From sequence record PP496438.1: DNA of 64,000 nucleotides. One strand, given 5' to 3'. The notes under the pieces are model-generated. The model saw nothing but the letters and a program-made list of their open reading frames with translations, ran no database searches and had not been told where the DNA came from. Both the position numbers and the translations under genes were made by a program. Of this stretch, positions 43,726-51,780 are shown in pieces. Each line of letters opens with the position of its first letter. The stretch's first letter is position 1.

Positions 43726-44649
43726 ATGACCAAAAGTACTTCAGCTAACCAGAAGCAATTGAAAGACGTAGTTAGCTCACCGAAGCCATTCAATACAAAG
43801 CTAGAGCTGTATGTAGAAGATCATTTGTATTTCGATACGAAGAAGCCGTCGATCAAGGCGTCTTTCTCCGAGCTGGGGTTACAGCCGTTCGCCAAGGCAC
43901 CGTCCAAAGGGTTCATCCCTAATCTGTCCAAGCTGGCCCGCTCCACCAACGGACCCGAACTGTTCCAGCATCTGGGCTCCCTCACCCAGAACCTAGATGC
44001 CAGCCAACTACGGCTGCTGTCCGTGGTGTTCAACAACATGGCGAAGATGGAAGCCCATGGCTTGAATTTCGGCCAGAAGGTTTACGTCAACGTCTCAAGC
44101 CCGCGCATCGAGTTCGTCGAGTGCTACGTCGAGGCCATCGTGATCGGCGTCGAGTCGGAACATCCAGAGTCCCCGGTGTTCCTGAGCGTAGCCTTCGAGA
44201 AGATGGCGGCAGATGCTCCGATGTGTTGGTCAATGCCCACCAGTTCTTTCCTGACCGAACGCCAGTTCCGGCTGCTGCGTAAGAGGCTGCGTGCGGAAGG
44301 CAAGACCAGTGTACCGGACAAGATTCGCAAGGAACACTTGTGCTGGGAACGCGAGAACTTCGGTAAGCCGTCGAACCGGTTGTCCGTTGACGAGACTGTT
44401 CAAACCATCGACACCGTCTCGGAGGACTGGCTCAACAGCAACGTCCTCTCCCTGCTTGATCCGTATGTGGATCCGACAGCACTGGAAGAGACCGAAGTGG
44501 CCGATGTCGAAGTGGTTGAAGAGAAGAAGACGCGAACCCGTGGTCCACGGAATCGTCGTGCAGAAGATAAGCAGACGCTTAGCCAAACTAAGGTCAAGTC
44601 GTCTGGTTCAGTGAAGATGAGCAACAACAGCATCTCCATCGTTCACTGA
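43726..44649 (+). CDS. Hypothetical protein (307 aa)
   Basis: Long co-oriented ORF. Confidence 0.7.
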   Translation: MTKSTSANQKQLKDVVSSPKPFNTKLELYVEDHLYFDTKKPSIKASFSELGLQPFAKAPSKGFIPNLSKLARSTNGPELFQHLGSLTQNLDASQLRLLSVVFNNMAKMEAHGLNFGQKVYVNVSSPRIEFVECYVEAIVIGVESEHPESPVFLSVAFEKMAADAPMCWSMPTSSFLTERQFRLLRKRLRAEGKTSVPDKIRKEHLCWERENFGKPSNRLSVDETVQTIDTVSEDWLNSNVLSLLDPYVDPTALEETEVADVEVVEEKKTRTRGPRNRRAEDKQTLSQTKVKSSGSVKMSNNSISIVH

Positions 44650-44713
44650 TACCGATCCGCTGTATACCTTAAGTTGCTTATACCTTCAATACAACGAACC
44701 GAGATTCTGATAC

Positions 44714-45793
44714 ATGAAGATTACAAATGTGCATTCCACCCTACTCAATCTTGGAGTTAACCGATCACTGCTGGAGCAAGCAGTTCAGGTTACATTGAGT
44801 GCGTTGATGCGACTGATCTCAGTTGACGCATACTGTAAGAAGATGAAGAAAGACTTCGGCATCGTGATGAACACTCAAGTGTTCAACGACACCTTCGACA
44901 ACGGCTACTATCTGAAACATGTCAAGCTTTATCTGGCGTGGTGTGTCGGCAAGAAGCTGACGGACAGCATCGACATCCGCCGGGCAGGTCGCCAGTTCGA
45001 ACTAGATGCCAAAGATCGTCAGCTGGTCAACCTGATGAAACCCGCCGACCGCAAGATGGTACTGAGCAAGATCAATCCGGAAGTCGAACTGTACGCGTCA
45101 CCCAAGGTGATGGACATCAAGATTGGTGCCGCCATCGACTCGCTGACAGACCACATCGGCAAGTTCACCAACAAGAAGTTGACCTTCACCACGAAGGGCA
45201 CTGGCCGGGACAAGGATGACGTGCACAGTGATCTTCGTATCGCCGCGTTGCGTGCCGCCTACAAGACCTACCCGTTCCAGCTGTGTGACTTGCATCTCAT
45301 CAACTCGATGAAGTCTGCCATCCACAACGTCGGCATCAACCTGATCCAGTCCGCCACGACCAAGAGTCGTCAAGTGATGGTCAAGGAAGATGATGAGTTC
45401 ATCATGCTGCGCGAGAACTTCGACTTCTACGGCAGCCATAACGACGTGGCGTCGGTCGTGAGCAGTTGCGGGCTGGACGGGGGCGCCGCTATGGGCTCAG
45501 GCGGGTGTTCCACCACTGACAGCATTACGTATCAGCAGTTGGTGTCCCAAGTCAAAGGCCGGGCAGCACAGTTCCTCGTAATGCTGGCCGGTCACTACTC
45601 GGAAAGGTTCTCCGCGTACTTGCGACAGATCGGCATCAACAAAGACAATGATGAATGGTCCCAAGCAGTTCTCACCGGTCGGCGCACGTCCATCCAGCGC
45701 TACTGTGAGATCATCGCAGACTATTGCAAAGTCCCCCACGAGATTGCCAACAAACTGCTAGCAGGTTATCGCCAGCAGATGGCTGTAATGTAA
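44714..45793 (+). CDS. Putative phage sigma-factor-like protein (region 2-like)
   Basis: DKDDVHSDLRIAALRAAY...HLINSMKSAIHNVGINLIQSATTKSR resembles sigma70 region 2 (DL.QE..l.l..a ... i.n...d.iR). Confidence 0.4.
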   Translation: MKITNVHSTLLNLGVNRSLLEQAVQVTLSALMRLISVDAYCKKMKKDFGIVMNTQVFNDTFDNGYYLKHVKLYLAWCVGKKLTDSIDIRRAGRQFELDAKDRQLVNLMKPADRKMVLSKINPEVELYASPKVMDIKIGAAIDSLTDHIGKFTNKKLTFTTKGTGRDKDDVHSDLRIAALRAAYKTYPFQLCDLHLINSMKSAIHNVGINLIQSATTKSRQVMVKEDDEFIMLRENFDFYGSHNDVASVVSSCGLDGGAAMGSGGCSTTDSITYQQLVSQVKGRAAQFLVMLAGHYSERFSAYLRQIGINKDNDEWSQAVLTGRRTSIQRYCEIIADYCKVPHEIANKLLAGYRQQMAVM

Positions 45794-45804
45794 GGAGAGC
45801 TGTC

Positions 45805-46020
45805 ATGCCCCGTATCGTATTGCACCCCTCTGCAAGTAGTTGGTTCAACGGTCTGAAGTTCGCTGAGCGTCTGTATATCAGCGATGGATATACGCTCGAT
45901 CAGATCGAGCACCACCTTGCCACAGAGAGAAATATCATCCTGCGGGATGCAGAGTACCTACGGGGCGTTGATGACTATCTGGGATACGCCCGTGAAAATC
46001 TCCGGGCTGTCCATCACTAA
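45805..46020 (+). CDS. Small hypothetical protein (71 aa)
   Basis: Start moved to 45805 (RBS AAGGAG). Confidence 0.6.
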   Translation: MPRIVLHPSASSWFNGLKFAERLYISDGYTLDQIEHHLATERNIILRDAEYLRGVDDYLGYARENLRAVHH

Positions 46021-46037
46021 TCAAAGAGGAAACGACC

Positions 46038-46175
46038 ATGCGTCGAGCCCAACGTACATCTCAAGGCTTCAAGAACGGTTCCCACAATCGCAAGATGAAG
46101 GACCACCGCAAACAACTCAACCAACCTCAAACCGAAGTACCGAAGGTTTGGGAAGCACTGGCGGAACTGGCATGA
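46038..46175 (+). CDS. Small basic protein (45 aa; not in ORF track)
   Basis: MRRAQRTSQGFKNGSHNRKMKDHRKQLNQPQTEVPKVWEALAELA; RBS GAGG; ATGA overlap with kinase. Confidence 0.55.
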   Translation: MRRAQRTSQGFKNGSHNRKMKDHRKQLNQPQTEVPKVWEALAELA

Positions 46176-46861
46176 AAGACTACACACTGATCGTAATCTC
46201 CGGCACGCATCGCACCGGCAAGACCACCATGATGCAGGAGTTCGTCAAACAGAACCCTGAGTTCCAGATACTGCCGTTCACTGTGACCAAAGTCTGGCAC
46301 GACGTGTTTGGCGACCGCCCGTACACCATGGATCTTCACCCAGCAGACCGAGTGTTGTTCCAGTACGGGGTGCTCAATGCGTGGCATAAGTGTGTAGCAG
46401 AACATGTCTTACGCAATGGCAAGTGGGTTGTTGACCGAGGCCCCCTCGACTTCGCCACGTATATGCGCCTTGGACTGATCGACTGCATGGATCACGAAGT
46501 AAACCTGCAAGCAGAGCATTTCGTGCTCAACTGCATCCAGGCCACGGCGGGGCTTGTCAGTTACGAAATCTTGGTCAGTCCTGTGCTGCACCGGATCAAC
46601 GGGGATATGGTAGAGGATGACGTCACGAAGCTCACCGGCAAGGTGGGGTTGATGAACCAGACGGTGTTCCATTCCATCCTGCGCGACGTGGCCCAAGACA
46701 CCATCCGGTCCAGCATCTGCAGCGGGTACTCGGTCGGGCAACTGATCAATCTGCAGGAGTTGCCTACCGAGATCATTCATCTTGGGGATCGTGTCAATTG
46801 GCTGCGGGAGGTGATCGATGCCAAACAAAAAGGAAAGGCCCGCCTACAGCCAACCCGCTAA
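46172..46861 (+). CDS. P-loop nucleoside monophosphate kinase-like protein (AAA_28/dNMP kinase type)
   Basis: Start moved to 46172; ISGTHRTGKTT, VVDRGPLDFATY. Confidence 0.75.
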   Translation: MKDYTLIVISGTHRTGKTTMMQEFVKQNPEFQILPFTVTKVWHDVFGDRPYTMDLHPADRVLFQYGVLNAWHKCVAEHVLRNGKWVVDRGPLDFATYMRLGLIDCMDHEVNLQAEHFVLNCIQATAGLVSYEILVSPVLHRINGDMVEDDVTKLTGKVGLMNQTVFHSILRDVAQDTIRSSICSGYSVGQLINLQELPTEIIHLGDRVNWLREVIDAKQKGKARLQPTR

Positions 46862-48350
46862 GGCGTTCTCCGTCGGCGTACGGTTACTGGGGCGCCTGTG
46901 GTGGGAGCCTGCCAGCGGCAAGCATCGGCGGTTCGCCACAGTCAATCTGCCCCACGCCGCGCTCACGCTGTACATGGCAGATAGTGCGGGTGGTACGCAA
47001 CTGAGTGTGACCACTCGTCTGAGCCGCCGCACATCCAAGAAAGATAAGAAGCCCAAGTCCGCATACATAAATCTTGGCCATTATCTAGACTACCAACATG
47101 CCAGCAAGGCAGCGCTCGGGAAGCTCAAAGAGTTTCTCGACAATAATCCGGAGCACTGTGTCATGCCTGAAGTCAACACCGCAACAAAGCTGGACATCAC
47201 GCTGGATCAGATGAAGTCGTTACTCGACGCTGCCGGGGTTAAAGAACATACTGCTGACACCTTGTGCCGCGTGTTCATGCCGGTCCCAATCAAAGGTGAT
47301 CCTACCGATGGTCAGTCCAAACTCTCCATTGCGCTGGCAAAGCTGACCGACGACATCGACGCGATCTCCGGGATGTTCGACGCGGCAGAAGGTTTTACCG
47401 CCATGGACTTCTGTCAGGCGGACGTGGCCTTCCAGAAGTTAATGCGACTGATCAACATCAAACCCCATGACCTGGACTCGGGTGGCGAAGAGATCAGCAA
47501 GTCGATCAATCGTTTGGTCACCAGCATGTGGCGGTTCAAGATTGATCCGGCACCCTATCTGCTGGAACTGGGTTTGGACCCAGATCAGTCCACTGTGCTT
47601 GCCATGGAGAAGAAGCTGGTGGAAGTGTACGATGTTGAACCTGAGTTCATGCAGATGATGGAGTCCCAGTTGTCTAAGGCAGACATAGTTCGGGCTAACC
47701 AGCTTCGGTGGGGTTCAACAGACCTGAAACGTTACTTGCGAGACAACGGGTTACATATCCGTATGATCTTTAGCGACCCCGACAAAACCCCCTACGTAAA
47801 ACGGTCCGTGTTCGTGTGCGATCTTGATGTCGTCAGCGTGGACGCGTTGGTAGATTCAGGTATTCTTTCGGCTAGTACCACTGAGCCTGATCTCATGTAC
47901 CGAGCTTTCAACAGTCAGACGTGGAACCGTAAGCAAGCTCGTTACCTAGTAATCCAGAAAGAGACGTGGGATTTCCTTGATGCCAAAGGGTTAGAGTCCT
48001 TGGAAATTGAGGTAGCAGGATTACAACCGCATGTACTGGAAGGGTATGTTACACCGGAAAATGGAGAGTGGCCGGAAGATGTTGCCAACTATTTGGTAGA
48101 CCTGGGATTCCGGAAACACGGGCATGCAGGTAGTGAATGTTACGTCATGCGACAACCATCTGGGATTAGCAAGAACGATTTCATTCGTAATCTGATCGAC
48201 GCCCGTATACTTCGGGTCGACGGTACAGGGCACTATGCCAAAGTACGAGCCTTCACCGACGGTTTCAAGTCGAAGATTTACAAGTCCGACATCGATGAGT
48301 ATCTGATCCTCCACGTTGACAACTGGCAGACGTCGTCCACGGCGCGCTGA
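46818..48350 (+). CDS. Hypothetical protein (510 aa)
   Basis: Long ORF ending at a terminator; no motif recognised. Confidence 0.75.
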   Translation: MPNKKERPAYSQPAKAFSVGVRLLGRLWWEPASGKHRRFATVNLPHAALTLYMADSAGGTQLSVTTRLSRRTSKKDKKPKSAYINLGHYLDYQHASKAALGKLKEFLDNNPEHCVMPEVNTATKLDITLDQMKSLLDAAGVKEHTADTLCRVFMPVPIKGDPTDGQSKLSIALAKLTDDIDAISGMFDAAEGFTAMDFCQADVAFQKLMRLINIKPHDLDSGGEEISKSINRLVTSMWRFKIDPAPYLLELGLDPDQSTVLAMEKKLVEVYDVEPEFMQMMESQLSKADIVRANQLRWGSTDLKRYLRDNGLHIRMIFSDPDKTPYVKRSVFVCDLDVVSVDALVDSGILSASTTEPDLMYRAFNSQTWNRKQARYLVIQKETWDFLDAKGLESLEIEVAGLQPHVLEGYVTPENGEWPEDVANYLVDLGFRKHGHAGSECYVMRQPSGISKNDFIRNLIDARILRVDGTGHYAKVRAFTDGFKSKIYKSDIDEYLILHVDNWQTSSTAR

Positions 48351-48363
48351 CCGAGTGACCAAG

Positions 48364-48394
48364 AGCCCTGTGCCAGTACGGACGGGGCTTTTTT
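48364..48394 (+). terminator. Intrinsic terminator
   Basis: AGCCCTGT-10 nt-ACGGGGCTTTTTT. Confidence 0.75.
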
Positions 48395-48411
48395 GCATCT
48401 GAAAATAAATG

Positions 48412-48441
48412 TTGCACGCCGTAATGCCCATGTGCTATACT
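48412..48441 (+). promoter_or_regulatory. sigma70-type promoter
   Basis: TTGCAC, 18 nt, extended TG, TATACT (48436-48441), right after a terminator. Confidence 0.65.
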
Positions 48442-48486
48442 GGAATCACGGGAACTCCCCGCTACTATCCCACTGAGGAAAACGCC

Positions 48487-48750
48487 ATGACTACTACCCA
48501 GATGAAAGCCCCAGCCCGCCCGGTCCAGTATCAGGTCGCTGTCGCCATTTTCATTACGTGCACCGCAATCTCCGTCGTGATCGGTTTGCACCACTTGTTC
48601 TGGATGATGGTGTTCGGCTTCACCCCGGCAGGTGTGGTTGACTTTTCTTCACCGATCATCTTCGGCCATGCCAACGTCACCGCCCCACTCCTGATCGTCA
48701 CGGCTCTGGTTGCCGTGTTCACTTGGCAGCTCGTTGACGTGGAGGCTTGA
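48487..48750 (+). CDS. Two-TM membrane protein
   Basis: Start moved to 48487 (RBS GAGG); two long hydrophobic segments. Confidence 0.65.
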   Translation: MTTTQMKAPARPVQYQVAVAIFITCTAISVVIGLHHLFWMMVFGFTPAGVVDFSSPIIFGHANVTAPLLIVTALVAVFTWQLVDVEA

Positions 48751-48752
48751 TC

Positions 48753-49094
48753 ATGGGCCATCGTAGCAAGTTCCCATCGCTGGACAAGCAGGCACGTGAA
48801 CTGGAAGCCATGCGCAAGTATCTGGGCTTGGGTACATCGGTCGTCACCCCGCTGGTAGAACAGAATCTGGTTCCGGTCACCACCGTCAAGCGGGCAGGTT
48901 GGAACGTGAGCATGTGGATCATGCCGAAAGATGGATACGTCCCCGAGTTTCTGGAAGTGTTCATTACCCTCATGGACAGACAGCTCGCTTGGGACTCGGC
49001 GATTCAGTCGATCCCTAAGACCCACAAGCTACACTTCGTCGTTGACTGCATCTACGTTTACGAAGTCAGAGAATGGCACCCGGAGAACAACTGA
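48753..49094 (+). CDS. Hypothetical protein
   Basis: RBS GGAGG. Confidence 0.6.
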   Translation: MGHRSKFPSLDKQARELEAMRKYLGLGTSVVTPLVEQNLVPVTTVKRAGWNVSMWIMPKDGYVPEFLEVFITLMDRQLAWDSAIQSIPKTHKLHFVVDCIYVYEVREWHPENN

Positions 49095-49351
49095 TGAATG
49101 CCCAAGAAAGAGCTGCACCTAAGTTCGTGATCAAGAAAGACGGCAAGTATCACGCCGGTTCTTCTTACGCCACGGGGTACGGGTATCGCAACAGCTGGAG
49201 CAAGACGATCGAGGGTGCACGAATCTTCGTCCCGGCGAACTCCCGTGTTAACAGTGACGCAGGTGCGCTTGAGAACATCGCCGCCCGGCTGAAAGGCAAG
49301 ATCATTCAAGTTACCCTCAATGCAGCTAACCGATACGTAGAGGTCCTCTAA
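49094..49351 (+). CDS. Hypothetical protein (85 aa)
   Basis: Start moved to 49094; 1-nt overlap. Confidence 0.6.
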   Translation: MNAQERAAPKFVIKKDGKYHAGSSYATGYGYRNSWSKTIEGARIFVPANSRVNSDAGALENIAARLKGKIIQVTLNAANRYVEVL

Positions 49352-49352
49352 C

Positions 49353-49781
49353 ATGCAACTGACCAATCAGCAACTGACTGCCCGTGAAAAAGATTACTGT
49401 GTGAACCGCTTGAAAGGTTACCGTAACGAGATCAAGACGCTGCGCAACTGGGAGCATCGGGATAAGGTGAAGCGGCCGCATCGTGTCCCTAGTCTTCGTG
49501 CACAGCGCGTCAATGACATCCGCCGGGCGGTGTTCTACCGAGGCATCCTGCGCGGCACCGTTGAACTGCCGCTTGCCAATCTGGGCCACAACCGATTCAT
49601 CACGCCCGCCGTGCCACTCGGCTACACCATCACCCAGACCAGAGACGGAGTGTGGGGTTGGGAGTCAGCCACCGCCCCCGAGTCGCATCGCAAGTCAGGC
49701 TTCGACATGTATCTAGTGGCGCTGATGGATTGCGTCCGGGCACAAGGCCCGACGTACGCTGCTGCCGCTGTATCGTACTAA
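49353..49781 (+). CDS. Hypothetical basic protein (142 aa)
   Basis: Ends at a terminator. Confidence 0.65.
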   Translation: MQLTNQQLTAREKDYCVNRLKGYRNEIKTLRNWEHRDKVKRPHRVPSLRAQRVNDIRRAVFYRGILRGTVELPLANLGHNRFITPAVPLGYTITQTRDGVWGWESATAPESHRKSGFDMYLVALMDCVRAQGPTYAAAAVSY

Positions 49782-49786
49782 CAGAC

Positions 49787-49817
49787 AGCCCATGTGGTTT
49801 CGGCCCATGGGCTTTTT
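49787..49817 (+). terminator. Intrinsic terminator
   Basis: AGCCCATG-10 nt-CATGGGCTTTTT. Confidence 0.8.
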
Positions 49818-49824
49818 CCTCTTT

Positions 49825-49830
49825 GTAAAT
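49825..49830 (+). promoter_or_regulatory. GTAAAT element
   Basis: Directly after a terminator, 35 nt upstream of 49860. Confidence 0.6.
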
Positions 49831-49859
49831 AGTCCGCACAACTCAACGAGGTACCTGCT

Positions 49860-50351
49860 ATGAAATTTCCAACGACTAACGATGTAGTCGAGATGATGAC
49901 CAACTCTGAATGGTATGTGATGACTATCGGATGGGTACTCGTATTCTGGATGTTTTGGATGGTCTCGTGGATCCTCTGGAACGTTATGCTCCGTTTCATC
50001 AAGTGTTATGCCAGAGGGTTCAGCTTTGGACTGATGACTACCTACGTGGCCCTACGCTCTGGGGCACCCGTCCAGTACGTCCTGTTCTACCTCTTAGTTG
50101 AGACGATCTTCCTTTCACCCTTCCATTTTATCCGAGAGGAAATGTTCGCCAGCACCCATTACTCCAGTATGACTCTGGCCAACGGCGGCACATGGTCCGG
50201 TACCTTCCAGTGGTACATCCGTAAGGGGATCACCCGCAACAGCTGGAATGAGTGGGAAGCAGAGCGGCTGGTTAAGAAAGCCAAGCAAGCAGAAATAGAT
50301 CGCCGCAACCGCGAAGACTATCTGCGTGACCCTGACAACTTCGACGTGTGA
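49860..50351 (+). CDS. Membrane protein (163 aa)
   Basis: RBS GAGG; 2-3 hydrophobic segments. Confidence 0.65.
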   Translation: MKFPTTNDVVEMMTNSEWYVMTIGWVLVFWMFWMVSWILWNVMLRFIKCYARGFSFGLMTTYVALRSGAPVQYVLFYLLVETIFLSPFHFIREEMFASTHYSSMTLANGGTWSGTFQWYIRKGITRNSWNEWEAERLVKKAKQAEIDRRNREDYLRDPDNFDV

Positions 50352-50360
50352 GACTGATCC

Positions 50361-50711
50361 ATGGATATCTCTTACCGCACTATCAGCTTCTCCACCCGCT
50401 TCCCCGACAGCGGCGGACCGATCAAGTTCTACTTCCTTGTGGTCGGCAAGGTGACCCGTGCCGACTTCACCGTGAGGTTCACGTACGAGTGCAAGCGTAA
50501 TCGTGTGCGCCCAACTCTGAAGTTCCATGACAGCGTGTTCCTCGACATTCAAGGGCAAGGATTCCCTACGGGAGTCGGACTAGACGATACTGAGGAACGG
50601 CGACTCCAGAACATGTTCACGGAGCTGGCGCGTGAGATCAAGCTGCAAGTCACCCAGCGACTCAAGCAAGAGCTGCTGGAACACGTCAACGCTATCGAGA
50701 TCCCTATGTGA
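50361..50711 (+). CDS. Hypothetical protein (116 aa)
   Basis: Co-oriented. Confidence 0.6.
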   Translation: MDISYRTISFSTRFPDSGGPIKFYFLVVGKVTRADFTVRFTYECKRNRVRPTLKFHDSVFLDIQGQGFPTGVGLDDTEERRLQNMFTELAREIKLQVTQRLKQELLEHVNAIEIPM

Positions 50712-51370
50712 ATATATTCTTCGTCCACGCTGATCCTGTTATTGCCGCAAGCATGCTCTGCGACCAGCATGTGACCAAGATGATCACCGAGTCAATCCAG
50801 ATGCTGTGTACGGCGCACCGATGGTTCGGTAACGAAGATATGCCGTATGCCTCGATGAACCCGAACCATCGGTGCAACATCTGGGTCCGGGAGTCCACTG
50901 AGAACTATCGGTGGTTATGGCGGCACGCCCATGCGCTGGCGCTGGTGGCAGCGTCCCGATACGGGGCTGTACGCTCGCAGGCGGTGACTTTGTTGTCCCG
51001 ACTGATCGATGCCCCGGCTGGCGTCGATCGCGGCGCCTTGACGATCCCAGCGGCTGCTATAAGTGAGCCGCCCGGTTCCCCAATCCCACCGGAGTACTTG
51101 CAAGCATGGCGGGAGAGTGTGGTGTGCTTCGAGTCTGCCGTCGTTGCTTATCGCCAATTCTATATTCAACAGAAGTCGACATTCGCACGCTGGTCTGGAT
51201 CGGCACCCGCATGGTATATCCAAGGTTTGCGGCAGTACAGGCTTATACATCGACTTCGTGAACGAGACCCTAAGCGACCGTGGCCGCGAGGTATGACTAA
51301 ACCCGATACCCGCCTGCAGTTCCGGTCGCACCCTACCCTAAGTGATTGGAGGCACTTCCCTAATGAATAA
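50708..51370 (+). CDS. denV: Pyrimidine-dimer DNA glycosylase/endonuclease V-like protein
   Basis: MNIFFVHADPVIAASMLCDQHVTKMITESIQML, HRCNIWVRES..NYRWL, AYRQFY. Confidence 0.75.
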   Translation: MNIFFVHADPVIAASMLCDQHVTKMITESIQMLCTAHRWFGNEDMPYASMNPNHRCNIWVRESTENYRWLWRHAHALALVAASRYGAVRSQAVTLLSRLIDAPAGVDRGALTIPAAAISEPPGSPIPPEYLQAWRESVVCFESAVVAYRQFYIQQKSTFARWSGSAPAWYIQGLRQYRLIHRLRERDPKRPWPRGMTKPDTRLQFRSHPTLSDWRHFPNE

Positions 51371-51381
51371 GAGGATCTTGT

Positions 51382-51657
51382 ATGACGACCCCATTGACTG
51401 ACTCTGAACTTCAGATGCTGGTTACGGCTGCACGTGATCAGATGGCTGACGTGATTACCCGACACTTGCGCACCGTACTGCTGCCCCAGCATACCGGAAC
51501 AGAGGCGGAACAAGCTCGTATCGTGGCAGAGGACTCCGGGATCGATCTGATCCAACTGGTGTTCCTGCTGAATGGAGATTCGGCCAAGCTGTCCACACAC
51601 AAGCTGCTTGAGATCGCCATCCGCTTGCGGCTGCGTCCCGTGTTCACCCTGACCTGA
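51382..51657 (+). CDS. Possible XRE-like HTH protein
   Basis: EQARIVAEDSGIDLIQLVFLLNG...LSTHKLLEIAIRL pattern. Confidence 0.4.
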   Translation: MTTPLTDSELQMLVTAARDQMADVITRHLRTVLLPQHTGTEAEQARIVAEDSGIDLIQLVFLLNGDSAKLSTHKLLEIAIRLRLRPVFTLT

Positions 51658-51671
51658 TCTAGCGTCACCCT

Positions 51672-51707
51672 AACCCCGCCCGGCCATTGTGCTGCGCGGG
51701 GTTTTTT
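51672..51707 (+). terminator. Intrinsic terminator
   Basis: AACCCCGC...GCGGGGTTTTTT. Confidence 0.75.
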
Positions 51708-51733
51708 CGTCTCCACCATTCACTTTCGCTCTG

Positions 51734-51739
51734 GTAAAT
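51734..51739 (+). promoter_or_regulatory. GTAAAT element before DNA polymerase
   Basis: After a terminator, 47 nt upstream of the GTG start. Confidence 0.6.
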
Positions 51740-51780
51740 AGCACGCATGAAAGTCCCCGTTTTTGAAGAGGGTAACCTGT

